From: an uncultured Bacteroidaceae bacterium | GTDB taxonomy: Bacteria; Bacteroidota; Bacteroidia; Bacteroidales; GCA-2748055 | DNA length: 64,000 bases | Reading direction: 5' to 3' | Assembly (NCBI GenBank): GCA_964406495.1 | Contig: CAYOSB010000002.1 | Location: 5,044-69,043 of the forward strand | Part shown: positions 29,620-39,562 of the stretch, in pieces | Numbering within the stretch: the stretch's first letter is position 1 | Layout: the number at the start of each line of letters is the position of its first letter | Translations under genes and position numbers: made by a program | Notes under the pieces: model-generated | Database searches by the model: none | The model's input: only the letters and a program-made list of their open reading frames with translations | What the model was told of the DNA's origin: nothing

Positions 29620-30990
29620 CTACAAGCGGTAATACGCTTCCCAGCCGTTGCGTGGTTCATGGCCTTCAAGCAGCTTGTTCGCTTTCCGGTTGTTGGTGAT
29701 TTTCTTTCGCGAGGTATCAAATTTAAGTTTACCTCCCAGTCTTTGAGCGATACAACCCAGCATGAATACCTGGGTGAGTGGAGCTGCTACTGCAAATGAA
29801 GAATTACAATAGGGATCTTTACCCGAAGCGGCACGCAGGAAGTTCTCCATGTGGTCCTTGGACGTTTCACTTTCGGGCAGCTCGGGCAATTTGTTCTTCA
29901 TCTCCTCCATTTTTTCAATTGGAATGATCTGGTGCATATCTCCGTGTGTTCCCCCGACAATCGTCAGATCATCACTGTAAATTATTTTACCTGTCCTGGG
30001 GACTTCCATCTCTTCCGGCATTTCTTCCGGACGATCTGGTCTGTTATCTACACCATCATACCAGTTAATGGTCATGGCCGGCATGCCCGGGCCCCGCTCT
30101 GCAAAATCGAACGCGATCGTAGTAGCCAACGGGTAAATGTAATCATTCTGACCTATAAGTGTTTCGGCCCGAATCTCATGGGGAAGTCCGAGTTCCAGGT
30201 AACGATGAATGGAATCGAGCGTGTGTGGTCCCCAGTCACCAAATGCTCCGTTCCCATAGTCGTACCAACCACGCCAGTTTCCTGGATCATACTTTTCATT
30301 GTAGGGGTGTTTGGGGGCCGTGGCTGCCCATACGTCCCAGTTCATTCCTTCCGGCATGGGCTGTTCCGGAGGAAACCCCTGCACATCACCCCAGGGGTGC
30401 CAGCGCCGCCCTTTGTTCATACTGGCATCTACCTTCCGCACATTTTTTATAATCCCTGCATCCACCCATGACTTGAACTGAAGACGCTGGTTGGTGGAAT
30501 GCCCCTGGTTGCCCATCTGGCACATCACCTTATATTTTTTTTCAGCCTCCATCAGTAATTCGCACTCTTCAAAGGTATGGGCCAGGGGCTTCTCCACGTA
30601 TACATGCTTACCGAGCGACATGGCAAGCATGGTGATGGGAAAATGCGAATGATCCGGGGTACCAATGATACAAGCATCTATCTCATTGGACATGGCATCG
30701 AACATTTTCCGGAAATCATCAAACACCCTTGCCTTGGGATACAACGCTTTCAACTCATCGGTACGTGACGGGACAACATCACAAAGTGCTACACAGTTGG
30801 CCAGTCCTGTTCGCATGGCCCATTGTCCAATTTTACCTGCACGATGGGCACAGCCAATAATCGCGATGTTTAATTTGTCGGATGCTGCAATTCTGCCAAG
30901 TGCCACACCAGGCATTGTACTGAATGTTGTAGCCGCCAGGGCAGCAGCTGAATTTTTGAGAAATACGCGTCTTTTCATGTTTTTTGTCAT
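29620..30990 (-). CDS. Tat-exported Gfo/Idh/MocA oxidoreductase (GH109-like architecture)
   Basis: 456 aa. Twin-arginine motif MKRRVFLKNSAAALAA. Motifs NIAIIGCAHRAG and YVEKPLAHT. The size and Tat signal resemble NAD-dependent GH109-type enzymes. Confidence 0.85.
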   Translation of the reverse strand: MTKNMKRRVFLKNSAAALAATTFSTMPGVALGRIAASDKLNIAIIGCAHRAGKIGQWAMRTGLANCVALCDVVPSRTDELKALYPKARVFDDFRKMFDAMSNEIDACIIGTPDHSHFPITMLAMSLGKHVYVEKPLAHTFEECELLMEAEKKYKVMCQMGNQGHSTNQRLQFKSWVDAGIIKNVRKVDASMNKGRRWHPWGDVQGFPPEQPMPEGMNWDVWAATAPKHPYNEKYDPGNWRGWYDYGNGAFGDWGPHTLDSIHRYLELGLPHEIRAETLIGQNDYIYPLATTIAFDFAERGPGMPAMTINWYDGVDNRPDRPEEMPEEMEVPRTGKIIYSDDLTIVGGTHGDMHQIIPIEKMEEMKNKLPELPESETSKDHMENFLRAASGKDPYCNSSFAVAAPLTQVFMLGCIAQRLGGKLKFDTSRKKITNNRKANKLLEGHEPRNGWEAYYRL

Positions 30991-31158
30991 GATTTCTGAT
31001 TTTTTAGGGGCTGTCGCATGTAAAATAAATGGATTCCCCCCTAATATATATTTTTAAGATGTTTATTCCAACAAATCTCCAACAGCCTTTGCAGCAGGAT
31101 CAACCATATGCAACCAGTCTGCTGGTGCTTTAGCTCGAAATCCTTATTCATGAAACGC

Positions 31159-32781
31159 TTATTCTTCCTGGTCCTGCAATTGTGCAATCGTCTCATTCTT
31201 TCCCGTTGCCGGCGTACTCTCCACATATTCGTCAAAGTATCCCCGTAACCTGGCAATCTGCTCCTGGTATTCCGGATTATCAATGCGGTTGTCCACTTCA
31301 AGGGGATCGGTTGTACGATCAAAGAACATATCTCCAAAATCGCGATAATCCATATTTTTCCTGGCTGATGTCGGATCAAGCATGATCCCCAGTTTGTAAT
31401 CCTCGGTGATTACAGTTGCCTGCGACCAGCTCTCCGAAACCACATATTCCCTGTCCAGTGATTCGCCATTATACATGACATCTACCAGGGATTCGCCCTG
31501 GATCGGATGTTTTAGCTCCGGTACTTCAAGATCCAGCAGATCAATCAACGTGGGCAATACATCCGCATTGGTGACCAGTTCCCTGATACGTTTCCCGTTC
31601 GGGGACCTCCCAGGATACTTAATGATGATTGGTATATTCAGAATATCCTCATACACATTCTGTCCGAATGCACATTTTTCCACCATCCCGTGATTGCCCA
31701 CAAAATCGCCATGATCAGATGTATAGATCACAATGGTTTCCCTGTCCTGACCGGTTTCTTCCAGTGCATCAAGAATTTCACCTACATGGTGATCGATTTC
31801 TGTTACAAGCGCATAATATCCGCCAATATAGTTTCGCCAGAGTTGCTCATTCTGGAAGGCTTTGTCCATATTCCAGACCTTATTCCCGCCATTCCGCTGC
31901 GATTGCAACACCGGAGGCAAATTCTCTGTAGGTTCATAAAAATTTTCCGGCATCTTAATGGAACTCCCGTGCCTCGTTCCCTTGCCCCATTCAGAAACAT
32001 CATACAAATCCATATATCTTTTCAATGGATTATAAGGCTGGTGTGGCCGGTAGAAGCTAGTCCAGCAAAAAAATGAAGTGTCATTGTCCGCATGTTCTTT
32101 GATCATCTTTATGGTCTCCATTGCCGAATAGGCCTCCATGGTATACTCTTCCGGAAGCTCTGAAATCCGGGTTCCAAGATCAGCAGTGGGTATTTCAGTA
32201 TCAAATTCTGATGAACCCCGTGGACCTCTTCCGAATTCAGCAGCCCAATCACGGGCAAATTCTTTTATGTAACCATTTCGCTCGACCCAGCTCACATAAT
32301 TATCATCATCAGGATCGTAGCCATGACCTTTCTTTACATCCCAGCCCTCATCAATTGCGTCCCTTAAATGCCTCTTTCCAAAAGCATAAGTCTTGTATCC
32401 ATTTTGTTGGAAAATACTGGCCATGGGCACAACTTCGTCCATTACAGAAGTATGCCCGCCGTTATTGATAAATCCCAGGGTGCGTACCGTCAGACCTGTC
32501 ATCAGTGACGATCGAGAAGGAACACAAATCCCCTGCGTTGCATATGCACGGTCAAAGACCACGCTTTCAGATGCCAATTGATCCAGGTTAGGGGTGATCA
32601 CATCAGGATGATCTTCAAATCCCATCACTTTTTTGCTGTGCTGGTCACTGAATAGGATAATCACATTGGGTTTTTTATCGGAAGAATCCGTCGTTTGCTT
32701 ATTTGCACAGGAAGTGAAGCCAAGGTGGAATAGGAGACCAAGAAAAATGGCCGCTTGATTCAAACGTTTATTGATTTGCAT
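31159..32781 (-). CDS. Sulfatase (Cys-type)
   Basis: 540 aa. Lipoprotein signal GFTSCAN. Motifs PNVIILFSDQH and TQGICVPSRSSLMTG. Confidence 0.9.
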   Translation of the reverse strand: MQINKRLNQAAIFLGLLFHLGFTSCANKQTTDSSDKKPNVIILFSDQHSKKVMGFEDHPDVITPNLDQLASESVVFDRAYATQGICVPSRSSLMTGLTVRTLGFINNGGHTSVMDEVVPMASIFQQNGYKTYAFGKRHLRDAIDEGWDVKKGHGYDPDDDNYVSWVERNGYIKEFARDWAAEFGRGPRGSSEFDTEIPTADLGTRISELPEEYTMEAYSAMETIKMIKEHADNDTSFFCWTSFYRPHQPYNPLKRYMDLYDVSEWGKGTRHGSSIKMPENFYEPTENLPPVLQSQRNGGNKVWNMDKAFQNEQLWRNYIGGYYALVTEIDHHVGEILDALEETGQDRETIVIYTSDHGDFVGNHGMVEKCAFGQNVYEDILNIPIIIKYPGRSPNGKRIRELVTNADVLPTLIDLLDLEVPELKHPIQGESLVDVMYNGESLDREYVVSESWSQATVITEDYKLGIMLDPTSARKNMDYRDFGDMFFDRTTDPLEVDNRIDNPEYQEQIARLRGYFDEYVESTPATGKNETIAQLQDQEE

Positions 32782-32979
32782 AATTAATCTGTTTAGCTGT
32801 TGTATGATAGAATATAGATGTTGTGTTTATGGCTTTGACTAAGGTTTTTGTTATGGTTGTATTTTTGCATTGAATGGCTGAAACATAATTGCCGGTGACC
32901 CGTTAAGATGAATTAGTTTTTTTACTTCAACTGTATCTGTTTAAGGTATCATTGATTTTACTAATATAAACGCGATACA

Positions 32980-33273
32980 TTAGCAGCACATTAAAAGATT
33001 CTTAATTCGGCAAAAATAAGCTGTGTAGATTTCATATTTAATCGAAGGATGTCCCCTGACATATTCTTTCTCCGTGATCCAGTTAAGGTGATCCATATTG
33101 GGTGTCTGGAATTCTGCATCTGCATTCAGGTAGCTCGCATCGCCAAATCCCTGGTCATCGTTATAAATGATAATGATGTTGGGATTGCCTGGAGGTGTTT
33201 TTTCGCTGCACCCGAAGAATATGGTGGGTGCAATAATTTACATTATATTAAATATCATTCGATTGTGAATCAT
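32980..33273 (-). pseudogene. Decayed sulfatase N-terminal remnant
   Basis: My own minus-strand translation gives MIHNRMIFNIM-stop(33238-33240)-IIAPTIFFGCSEKTPPGNPNIIIIYNDDQGFGDASYLNADAEFQTPNMDHLNWITEKEYV..., then unrelated sequence and a stop at 32980. It is homologous to the N-terminus of the 56658-58253 sulfatase (PNIIVIYTDDQGFGDMSLLNPDAKFETPNLDRM). It has an in-frame stop in the signal peptide and no C-x-P-x-R motif or catalytic core. Confidence 0.6.
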
Positions 33274-33307
33274 AGAAACTGCACATTAATTTAAACTGCG
33301 CGCTAAT

Positions 33308-34297
33308 TCAATTTTTTTTGGCATATTCTTCCGCCATGTAAGGCCCCCGCATTTCTCTCAGTGCTTGCAGCCACCAGCGTATCCCGGGATTTTCTTCTGT
33401 CCCGTCACCGCCCGGATCTGCATTCGGTCCATGTGGCGGCACACACTGCAGCCAGGTGGATGCACACATGTATCCCCAACCATTTTCAAAATGATTTTTC
33501 GTCTTATCTATCTGATCAGCTTTCATCTCGTCTGTGTAAAGCCCGATATTGATGTAATTTTCCAGGGGAGGAGCCTTGCTGTAGCTTCCCCAATATCTGA
33601 CCGTTCCGGGGGTTCCTTCAGACTCAATGTAGGGTTTATCGGGATCTTTATGACTGAAATGTATGCCCAGGTCGGCTTCTTCAGGAGGCAGACCACGAAA
33701 ATTTGTTGCAATATAATAGCTTGAGTCAACCGCCTTTGCAGCCCGAACCATTCCTTCCGGGTCAAAACCCATTGCACGTTTGGCCATTCCTTCGTTGTCT
33801 ATATCCACAAATACATTCCGGAAATCGTTCTCTTTTAAAAATCTGACGGTATTTGCAACAGCATTATTCGCCTCTTTCTGTGTCCATGATTCCCATTTTG
33901 CGGTTGAACCTCCCCAGTACAAACAACCCACCAATACGATCATTCCTTTTTTATTGGCTGCTTTTATGATTTTTGCGAGACGATCTGAATACACTGGATT
34001 CAAACTGCCATCCTCATAATAACCTTTAAAATTCCCATACCTGGAACCCATTACATACACACTAACGGTGTTCACCCCATATGACTTGTACTCGTCCATG
34101 TACTCAATCAATTCATTTGTCGACTGTTCTGAATACAAGGCATTCGAACAACGCAACCCGGCAACCAGGATTTCCTGCTCGTTCAGGCAGGTCTTGTCTC
34201 CTTTCACAGAGAATACATAGTCCTTGTTGGTGCACTGCTGAAATACAATCAGGGTGACCAGTGCCAGGATGATTTGTTGCAGTTTAAAGATGTCCAT
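33308..34297 (-). CDS. Secreted TIM-barrel glycoside-hydrolase-like protein (clan GH-A-like), unclassified
   Basis: 329 aa. Lipoprotein-like signal ending QQCTN. GVNTVSVYV, and VFVDIDNEG with an Asn-Glu pair like the GH-A acid/base motif. The family was not recognised with certainty. Confidence 0.55.
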   Translation of the reverse strand: MDIFKLQQIILALVTLIVFQQCTNKDYVFSVKGDKTCLNEQEILVAGLRCSNALYSEQSTNELIEYMDEYKSYGVNTVSVYVMGSRYGNFKGYYEDGSLNPVYSDRLAKIIKAANKKGMIVLVGCLYWGGSTAKWESWTQKEANNAVANTVRFLKENDFRNVFVDIDNEGMAKRAMGFDPEGMVRAAKAVDSSYYIATNFRGLPPEEADLGIHFSHKDPDKPYIESEGTPGTVRYWGSYSKAPPLENYINIGLYTDEMKADQIDKTKNHFENGWGYMCASTWLQCVPPHGPNADPGGDGTEENPGIRWWLQALREMRGPYMAEEYAKKN

Positions 34298-34330
34298 ATT
34301 GTTTAACTATCAATTTTTTACATGTACCAT

Positions 34331-35986
34331 TTATTCATCCCAATTCTCTTCTACAATTTCCCTGATCCGGGGGAATGCATCATCCGTATCGCCGATCTCC
34401 TTTCTTTTTTCCCACAATAATTGTTTGAGATCTTTAACGATTTCCTGGTAATCGGGATTCGAAAACTGGTTATACATCTCATTCGGATCTTTGGCCAGGT
34501 CATACAATTCCCAGCCAGGAGGAGTACTATCCCAGTACCGGTTTCCGTCTTTACCTGTCACCTCCTGGTTATTATGCACATTCGTATAATCCGCACCATA
34601 ATAGAATATGAGCTTGTAGTCTTTGGTCCTGATGCCAAAATGTGCAGGATTTCCCATCCGGTGAGCCATGTGCATCCAATACCTGTAATAGGTTCCTTCC
34701 CGCCAGTCGTCGGGTTCTTTTTCTCCTTTCATGGCTGGTACGAAACTCTTGCCCTGCATATAATCTGGCGTTTCAATCCCGGCCAATTCCAGGATCGTGG
34801 GTGCAATATCTGTATTATTGATCAGCCAGTCATTGCGGCTGTCGGGTTGCACCATTTCAGGATAGCGCACAATCAGGGGCATTCTGCTCGATTCTTCATA
34901 CATCCACCTTTTGTCGATAAAGTCATGTTCACCCAGCATCATCCCCTGGTCGCTTGTATAAATAATGATGGTGTTTTCCAATAAATCGTTTGCTGCCATG
35001 TAATCCATGATGCGGCCCAGGTTATCATCAATTCCCTTTACGCATCTTAAGTATTCCTTGAGATACAATTGGTAGGCATGGTGTGTCATCTCATCCTGCG
35101 TGGGATCCTCCTTCCCGGTCAGTTCCCGGATCTGCGATCTGTACACACGGGCCAGGTTTCTTTTATGTGGCTGAAGAGAGACCGTGGCACCGATATGATC
35201 CACCAGCGAATCGTTTTCCCCGCGGGTGGCGACAGAACCAAAAAACGGACCGGGCTGATTATATAGATTGCAGGGTTCAGGAATAAATTCATTTTCCAGG
35301 TAATGCGCGTATCGCTCTGCATACACAAACATGTCATGCGGTGCCTTGAACTGATGCATCAGAAAAAAAGGTTTGGTGGTATCTCTTTTGTTTTCCAGCC
35401 AATCAAGTGACATATCGGTGAGCACATCGGAAGAATGACCCTTTTTATCGACAACATCTATTTCCAGTTCAAGCGTACTGTCAAAGCGGATACGTCGTTT
35501 TTTGCCTCCCTCGCTGACATGGATCACCGGGTTCATATATCTTCCCTGTCCCGGCAATACAGCAAAATAATCGACATGCGCCGGTGCATGCTTCAAATGC
35601 CATTTCCCGATCACTGCTGTGGAATACCCGGCTTTTTTCATTTCTTCAGAAAGGTACTGCTGGTCACCGGGAAGACCGTCATACAGGTCATACACTTTAT
35701 TTACATGAGAATACTGGCCCGTCATAATTGAAGCCCTGCTTGGTGTACATATCGAATTTGTACAGAAAACATTTTCGAAGACCATCCCCTCTTTTGCGAT
35801 CTCATCCAGGATGGGCGTCGGGTTTAATACCGAAAGCCTTGAATTGTACACCCCGATGGCCCTTTCACAATGATCGTCTGACATGATGAACAGAATGTTT
35901 GGCCGTTGCACCTCATCCGTCTCCTGGCATGATCCCATAAACTGAGCACAACCAAGCAAGAATGTAATTAAGATAAAATTTCTCAT
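34331..35986 (-). CDS. Sulfatase (Cys-type); paralog of 7316-8893
   Basis: Start moved to the Met at 35986 (MRNFILITFLLGCAQFMGSC). Motifs PNILFIMSDDH, TNSICTPSRASIMTGQYSHVN, GKWHLK and NPAHFGIRTKDYKLIFYYG. Confidence 0.95.
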   Translation of the reverse strand: MRNFILITFLLGCAQFMGSCQETDEVQRPNILFIMSDDHCERAIGVYNSRLSVLNPTPILDEIAKEGMVFENVFCTNSICTPSRASIMTGQYSHVNKVYDLYDGLPGDQQYLSEEMKKAGYSTAVIGKWHLKHAPAHVDYFAVLPGQGRYMNPVIHVSEGGKKRRIRFDSTLELEIDVVDKKGHSSDVLTDMSLDWLENKRDTTKPFFLMHQFKAPHDMFVYAERYAHYLENEFIPEPCNLYNQPGPFFGSVATRGENDSLVDHIGATVSLQPHKRNLARVYRSQIRELTGKEDPTQDEMTHHAYQLYLKEYLRCVKGIDDNLGRIMDYMAANDLLENTIIIYTSDQGMMLGEHDFIDKRWMYEESSRMPLIVRYPEMVQPDSRNDWLINNTDIAPTILELAGIETPDYMQGKSFVPAMKGEKEPDDWREGTYYRYWMHMAHRMGNPAHFGIRTKDYKLIFYYGADYTNVHNNQEVTGKDGNRYWDSTPPGWELYDLAKDPNEMYNQFSNPDYQEIVKDLKQLLWEKRKEIGDTDDAFPRIREIVEENWDE

Positions 35987-36258
35987 TGGGTCAAAAAGAT
36001 ATATTTTTACTTGTTCAAACCATTTATTAGAATCTGCAGAAACCATAAAGAAAAAGGTTGATGTGTTATTTAACTCATCTCCGGTCAATTTATAATTATC
36101 CTGTAATTTAATGCGGATGTTCTGACAAGATGTTTGTCGAAAGCAAGATTATTGCTAATTCAGGCTCAACTTGCCAATCACCCTATACCCTGTCTCATTT
36201 TTTCATATTTCTCAGTGTTAAAAACACTTTTCAGCTTATCCTGATAACAAGTTCATTA

Positions 36259-36498
36259 CTAATCGCTATAATTACCTGTTGTAAGCTGACTGCGTGACAG
36301 GTTAATTTTGAAATACTCTTTACCATCATCCAGCATCAATCGGTAAGTTACTTCAGGGTCTCTTTTCCTTGTCATTGCTTTTTCCGGTTGAATCCTGTTT
36401 TGTTTTGTTTTGTTTTGAGCCATCACAGTCATGTTCATCACGGACATGGACAGTAAAACAAATAAAATCAGCCTTAAATTTCGATGATCAGACTTCAT
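36259..36498 (-). CDS. Small hypothetical secreted protein (79 aa)
   Basis: ORF with a plausible signal peptide, NLRLILFVLLSMSVMNMTVMAQ. No family was recognised. It contains a (TGTTT)x4 tract at 36396-36417. The coding status is uncertain. Confidence 0.3.
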   Translation of the reverse strand: MKSDHRNLRLILFVLLSMSVMNMTVMAQNKTKQNRIQPEKAMTRKRDPEVTYRLMLDDGKEYFKINLSRSQLTTGNYSD

Positions 36499-36851
36499 AA
36501 TTGTGCTGATTTAATCTTATTAAAAAATTAGTACTCAAGGGGTTAATTTTTACTAAATTTTCTCAAATTGTGGATGCTACGCTAACGCGTTTCTATTTTT
36601 CCGGTACCAGGCTCAATAATGTTGAATCGCCTGTCTGATAATGGAGTTGCTTCGCTTCAGGAAGTTCAGAATAACATCCCTGAAGCATCACGATAAAAAG
36701 CATTCCAACGGACAGCAACACATCGAAAAACTTCACAAAGGGAAGCAGTCCATGCAATGATACACCTTTACGTAATATTTGATCAATTGAGTGGATGCTT
36801 TCCATATTGTTTACAGGTCAAGTTATTATATGCAGGTAAATGATGTACCTC

Positions 36852-38270
36852 TTATTCCACAATCACCAAGGGTTCCTTTTCCAGGTCGGCACCCGTCAGG
36901 CTTACTTCTGCATCGCGTTGCCATTCCATCAGCTTAACTGACAAATCCTCAACAACCTCAGGATGTTCTTCAACGAGGTCATTGGTTTCAGCCGGGTCAG
37001 CCTCAATGTCATACAGCTCATACTGATCATTGTTAATCTTATGCAATTTCCAATTGCCTTCGATCCAGGCCGACCAACCGGTGAAATCTTCCGTTCTGGG
37101 AGTGTCGATGATGGGGCAGAAAAAATCGCGCCACCAACCATCTAATTCTTCCCTTGTAAATTCTGATTCAAAACTTTTAGTCTTCCTGGAATAAGGATTG
37201 TCCCGCCAAAAAGGCATGGCCTTCGGTCTGTCGGCCATGTCTTTTCCTTCAATGATAGGTAGTAAACTTATTCCGTCCATTGTATGATCCTCCACGGTGA
37301 TTCCAAGCAATTCCATCAATGTTGGCAGCATGTCCATCGTGTTGGATCTGAATTCTGTTTCCAAAGGCGTTGTTATTTTTTTCGGCCAGACGATCGTTGC
37401 CGGAACGCGGATACCACCTTCCCACATACTACCCTTGCTGCCACGTAATCCTTTTATGCTGTCTGCAGGCCTGTGACCACCGTTGTCGCTGGTATACCAT
37501 ATCAACGTATTTTCATCTATCCCCCTGCGCTTCAGTCCTGATCGAAGATTTCCCATGGCCTGGTCCATACCAGTGATCTCTCCGAAATAATTTTGCCACT
37601 CTTTTGGCAAATCGGGATACATATCTTTATATTTCTGCGCCGGCCGATGCGGTGTATGTGGAGAACCGAACCAGATCACGAGGAAAAATGGTTTGTCATC
37701 CTCCCGGATACTGTCCACATATTTTAATGCCTCATCCACGATCACTTCCGAACCTTCTCCCGGAAAGATTTCGGGATCATCGCCATTCCGGCTCAGTTCA
37801 GGATCGGTTTCAAAGAAGTTATCATGCGAGACATAGTAATCAAAGCCATGCATATTCGGATTAAACGGAGATGATGCCTTGACCGGGCCCATATGCCATT
37901 TGCCGAAATGCCCGGTTGCATACCCTGCCTGCTTCAGTATTTCGGCGATGGTCAGTTCCCGGGGGTGCATCGCAAAATTGGGATTGAACATTCCTGAACG
38001 GTGACAGTGCCTTCCTGTGAGGATGCCGGCACGTGTGGGGGAACAATTGGGCGAAGAAGTATAGAACCTGTTGAAACGGATCCCTTCCCTTGCCATCTGG
38101 TCCATATGCGGGGTTTGCAGTCCCCTGTCCGGATCTGCATTATAACCCACATCCCTCCAACCCTGGTCATCTGCCATGGCCAGGATAATGTTGGGTCTGA
38201 CCTCTTTTTCAGTTGTACATCCTGTAAAGAGGAAAAGTAAACTCGCTAATAACAGATGTATTGTTCTCAT
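36852..38270 (-). CDS. Sulfatase (Cys-type)
   Basis: 472 aa. Lipoprotein signal LFTGCTT. Motifs PNIILAMADDQGW, SSPNCSPTRAGILTGRH and GKWHMG. Confidence 0.95.
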   Translation of the reverse strand: MRTIHLLLASLLFLFTGCTTEKEVRPNIILAMADDQGWRDVGYNADPDRGLQTPHMDQMAREGIRFNRFYTSSPNCSPTRAGILTGRHCHRSGMFNPNFAMHPRELTIAEILKQAGYATGHFGKWHMGPVKASSPFNPNMHGFDYYVSHDNFFETDPELSRNGDDPEIFPGEGSEVIVDEALKYVDSIREDDKPFFLVIWFGSPHTPHRPAQKYKDMYPDLPKEWQNYFGEITGMDQAMGNLRSGLKRRGIDENTLIWYTSDNGGHRPADSIKGLRGSKGSMWEGGIRVPATIVWPKKITTPLETEFRSNTMDMLPTLMELLGITVEDHTMDGISLLPIIEGKDMADRPKAMPFWRDNPYSRKTKSFESEFTREELDGWWRDFFCPIIDTPRTEDFTGWSAWIEGNWKLHKINNDQYELYDIEADPAETNDLVEEHPEVVEDLSVKLMEWQRDAEVSLTGADLEKEPLVIVE

Positions 38271-38294
38271 TTCAGCTGGTTTTCATTTACTGTT

Positions 38295-39467
38295 TTAATA
38301 GTTGATTGATAAATCAATTGCTGTTGATTTCCACACATCGTAAAAGGTGCGGGCAGCCTGGCTGAACTTTTCGTAATCTGACCTGGTTTCGAACACCTGG
38401 GTATCATTCCAGAGTACGTCCCGTGGATGACCAAGCAAACGGGCCTCGGGCCAGAAGAACACCTGCCCCCATATCAGCCTGTTGTTGGTATTGATTCCAG
38501 GATTCTCCCCCGAGCCATCACCATCAATTGCTTCAAGCTGGTCCTTGCTGAGTAAGTCTTTTGTAGCAGCTTCCAGGTTGGACCTGATCCATTCCGACCG
38601 CTCCGCCATTGAAACATATCCCACCCTGCTATTCTCGCGCTGATGTGCCCATGCAAGGCAGACCGTGGCAGGGGCCACCTTGTTTTCCTTCGCAATTTTT
38701 TGTATGACAGGGTGTTGCATATCGTCCTGGTGTTCCGGGAATCGATCGCGTCCGGGCCGCCGGGGCGAGCCAAGCGACATGTAGCCCGAAGGAGCAATGT
38801 TATTCTGAATGAAAAATCGCACCAGTTCCTGTTGCTGGAACAGGGGATGCAGCTCCATTTGATTATACAACGGGCGGTTCAGATCATTTGTATCCCTCAG
38901 AAGCAACTCCATTGTCTTCCTGGTTTGATTGGAGGTGCCGATATTTTTCACCTTTCCGCTGCGTTTCAATGCTGCCATTTTTTCCCATATTTCCATGAAC
39001 TCCTCATGTATATAAGGCACTGCATGCGCATTCACTGAATCTCCGGATGCTCCGGGCTCATGAAAGTTGGGCCAGGGCCAGTGGACAACATACATATCGA
39101 GCGCTTCCACCCCCAGCATCCTTAAGGAGTCCTCGCATGCAGGGATGACGGCTTCGGGCTGCATGTGTTTATTCCAGAGTTTTGACAACACAAACAATTC
39201 ATCTCGCTCCACGATTCCTTTCTGTATTGCCTTTGCGATTCCCCTTCCCACCACCGCTTCGTTCTGATATGCTGTGGCGCAATCAATGTGCCTGTATCCC
39301 AGACGAATTGCTTCTGTAACAATATCATCCATGGCGTCGTACAGGTCGGGATTATCTGAATGGAATGTCCCCATTGCCGCCTGCGGCATTGTTGTTCCAT
39401 CAGCTAACAAAAGCTGGGTCACTTCTGAAGGATCGATGGGGTTGATTTCGTGATTGATTAAGCTCAT
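38295..39467 (-). CDS. Aldo/keto reductase, cytoplasmic, with an extended C-terminus
   Basis: 390 aa with no signal peptide. AKR tetrad context: HIDCATAYQNE (Asp, Tyr), LSKLW (Lys) and VVHWP (His). About 70 extra residues follow the usual AKR end. Confidence 0.9.
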   Translation of the reverse strand: MSLINHEINPIDPSEVTQLLLADGTTMPQAAMGTFHSDNPDLYDAMDDIVTEAIRLGYRHIDCATAYQNEAVVGRGIAKAIQKGIVERDELFVLSKLWNKHMQPEAVIPACEDSLRMLGVEALDMYVVHWPWPNFHEPGASGDSVNAHAVPYIHEEFMEIWEKMAALKRSGKVKNIGTSNQTRKTMELLLRDTNDLNRPLYNQMELHPLFQQQELVRFFIQNNIAPSGYMSLGSPRRPGRDRFPEHQDDMQHPVIQKIAKENKVAPATVCLAWAHQRENSRVGYVSMAERSEWIRSNLEAATKDLLSKDQLEAIDGDGSGENPGINTNNRLIWGQVFFWPEARLLGHPRDVLWNDTQVFETRSDYEKFSQAARTFYDVWKSTAIDLSINY

Positions 39468-39562
39468 TCTTCTTTTCAGTATCTGTTTTTAATTTAAATC
39501 ACATTGTTTAAATAAATGGGGCGCATGCCTGCGGGATGTCACCAGCATCCCGTCACGGCGCA

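Noticed and set aside
31041-31379. A 112 aa minus-strand ORF overlapping the 3' end of the 31159-32781 sulfatase in another frame
   Set aside because: It overlaps a well-supported CDS and has an Arg-rich, low-complexity translation. It is probably spurious.
33049-33294. An 81 aa plus-strand ORF in the gap upstream of 33308
   Set aside because: It is the antisense strand of a sulfatase N-terminal remnant, which explains the open frame better. It has no motifs of its own.
36593-36805. A 70 aa minus-strand ORF (MESIHSIDQILRKGVSLHGLLPFVKFFDVLLSVGMLFIVML...)
   Set aside because: It has one hydrophobic stretch but no recognisable family. It is isolated in a low-coding gap. I could not support it as a gene, so it is left unannotated.
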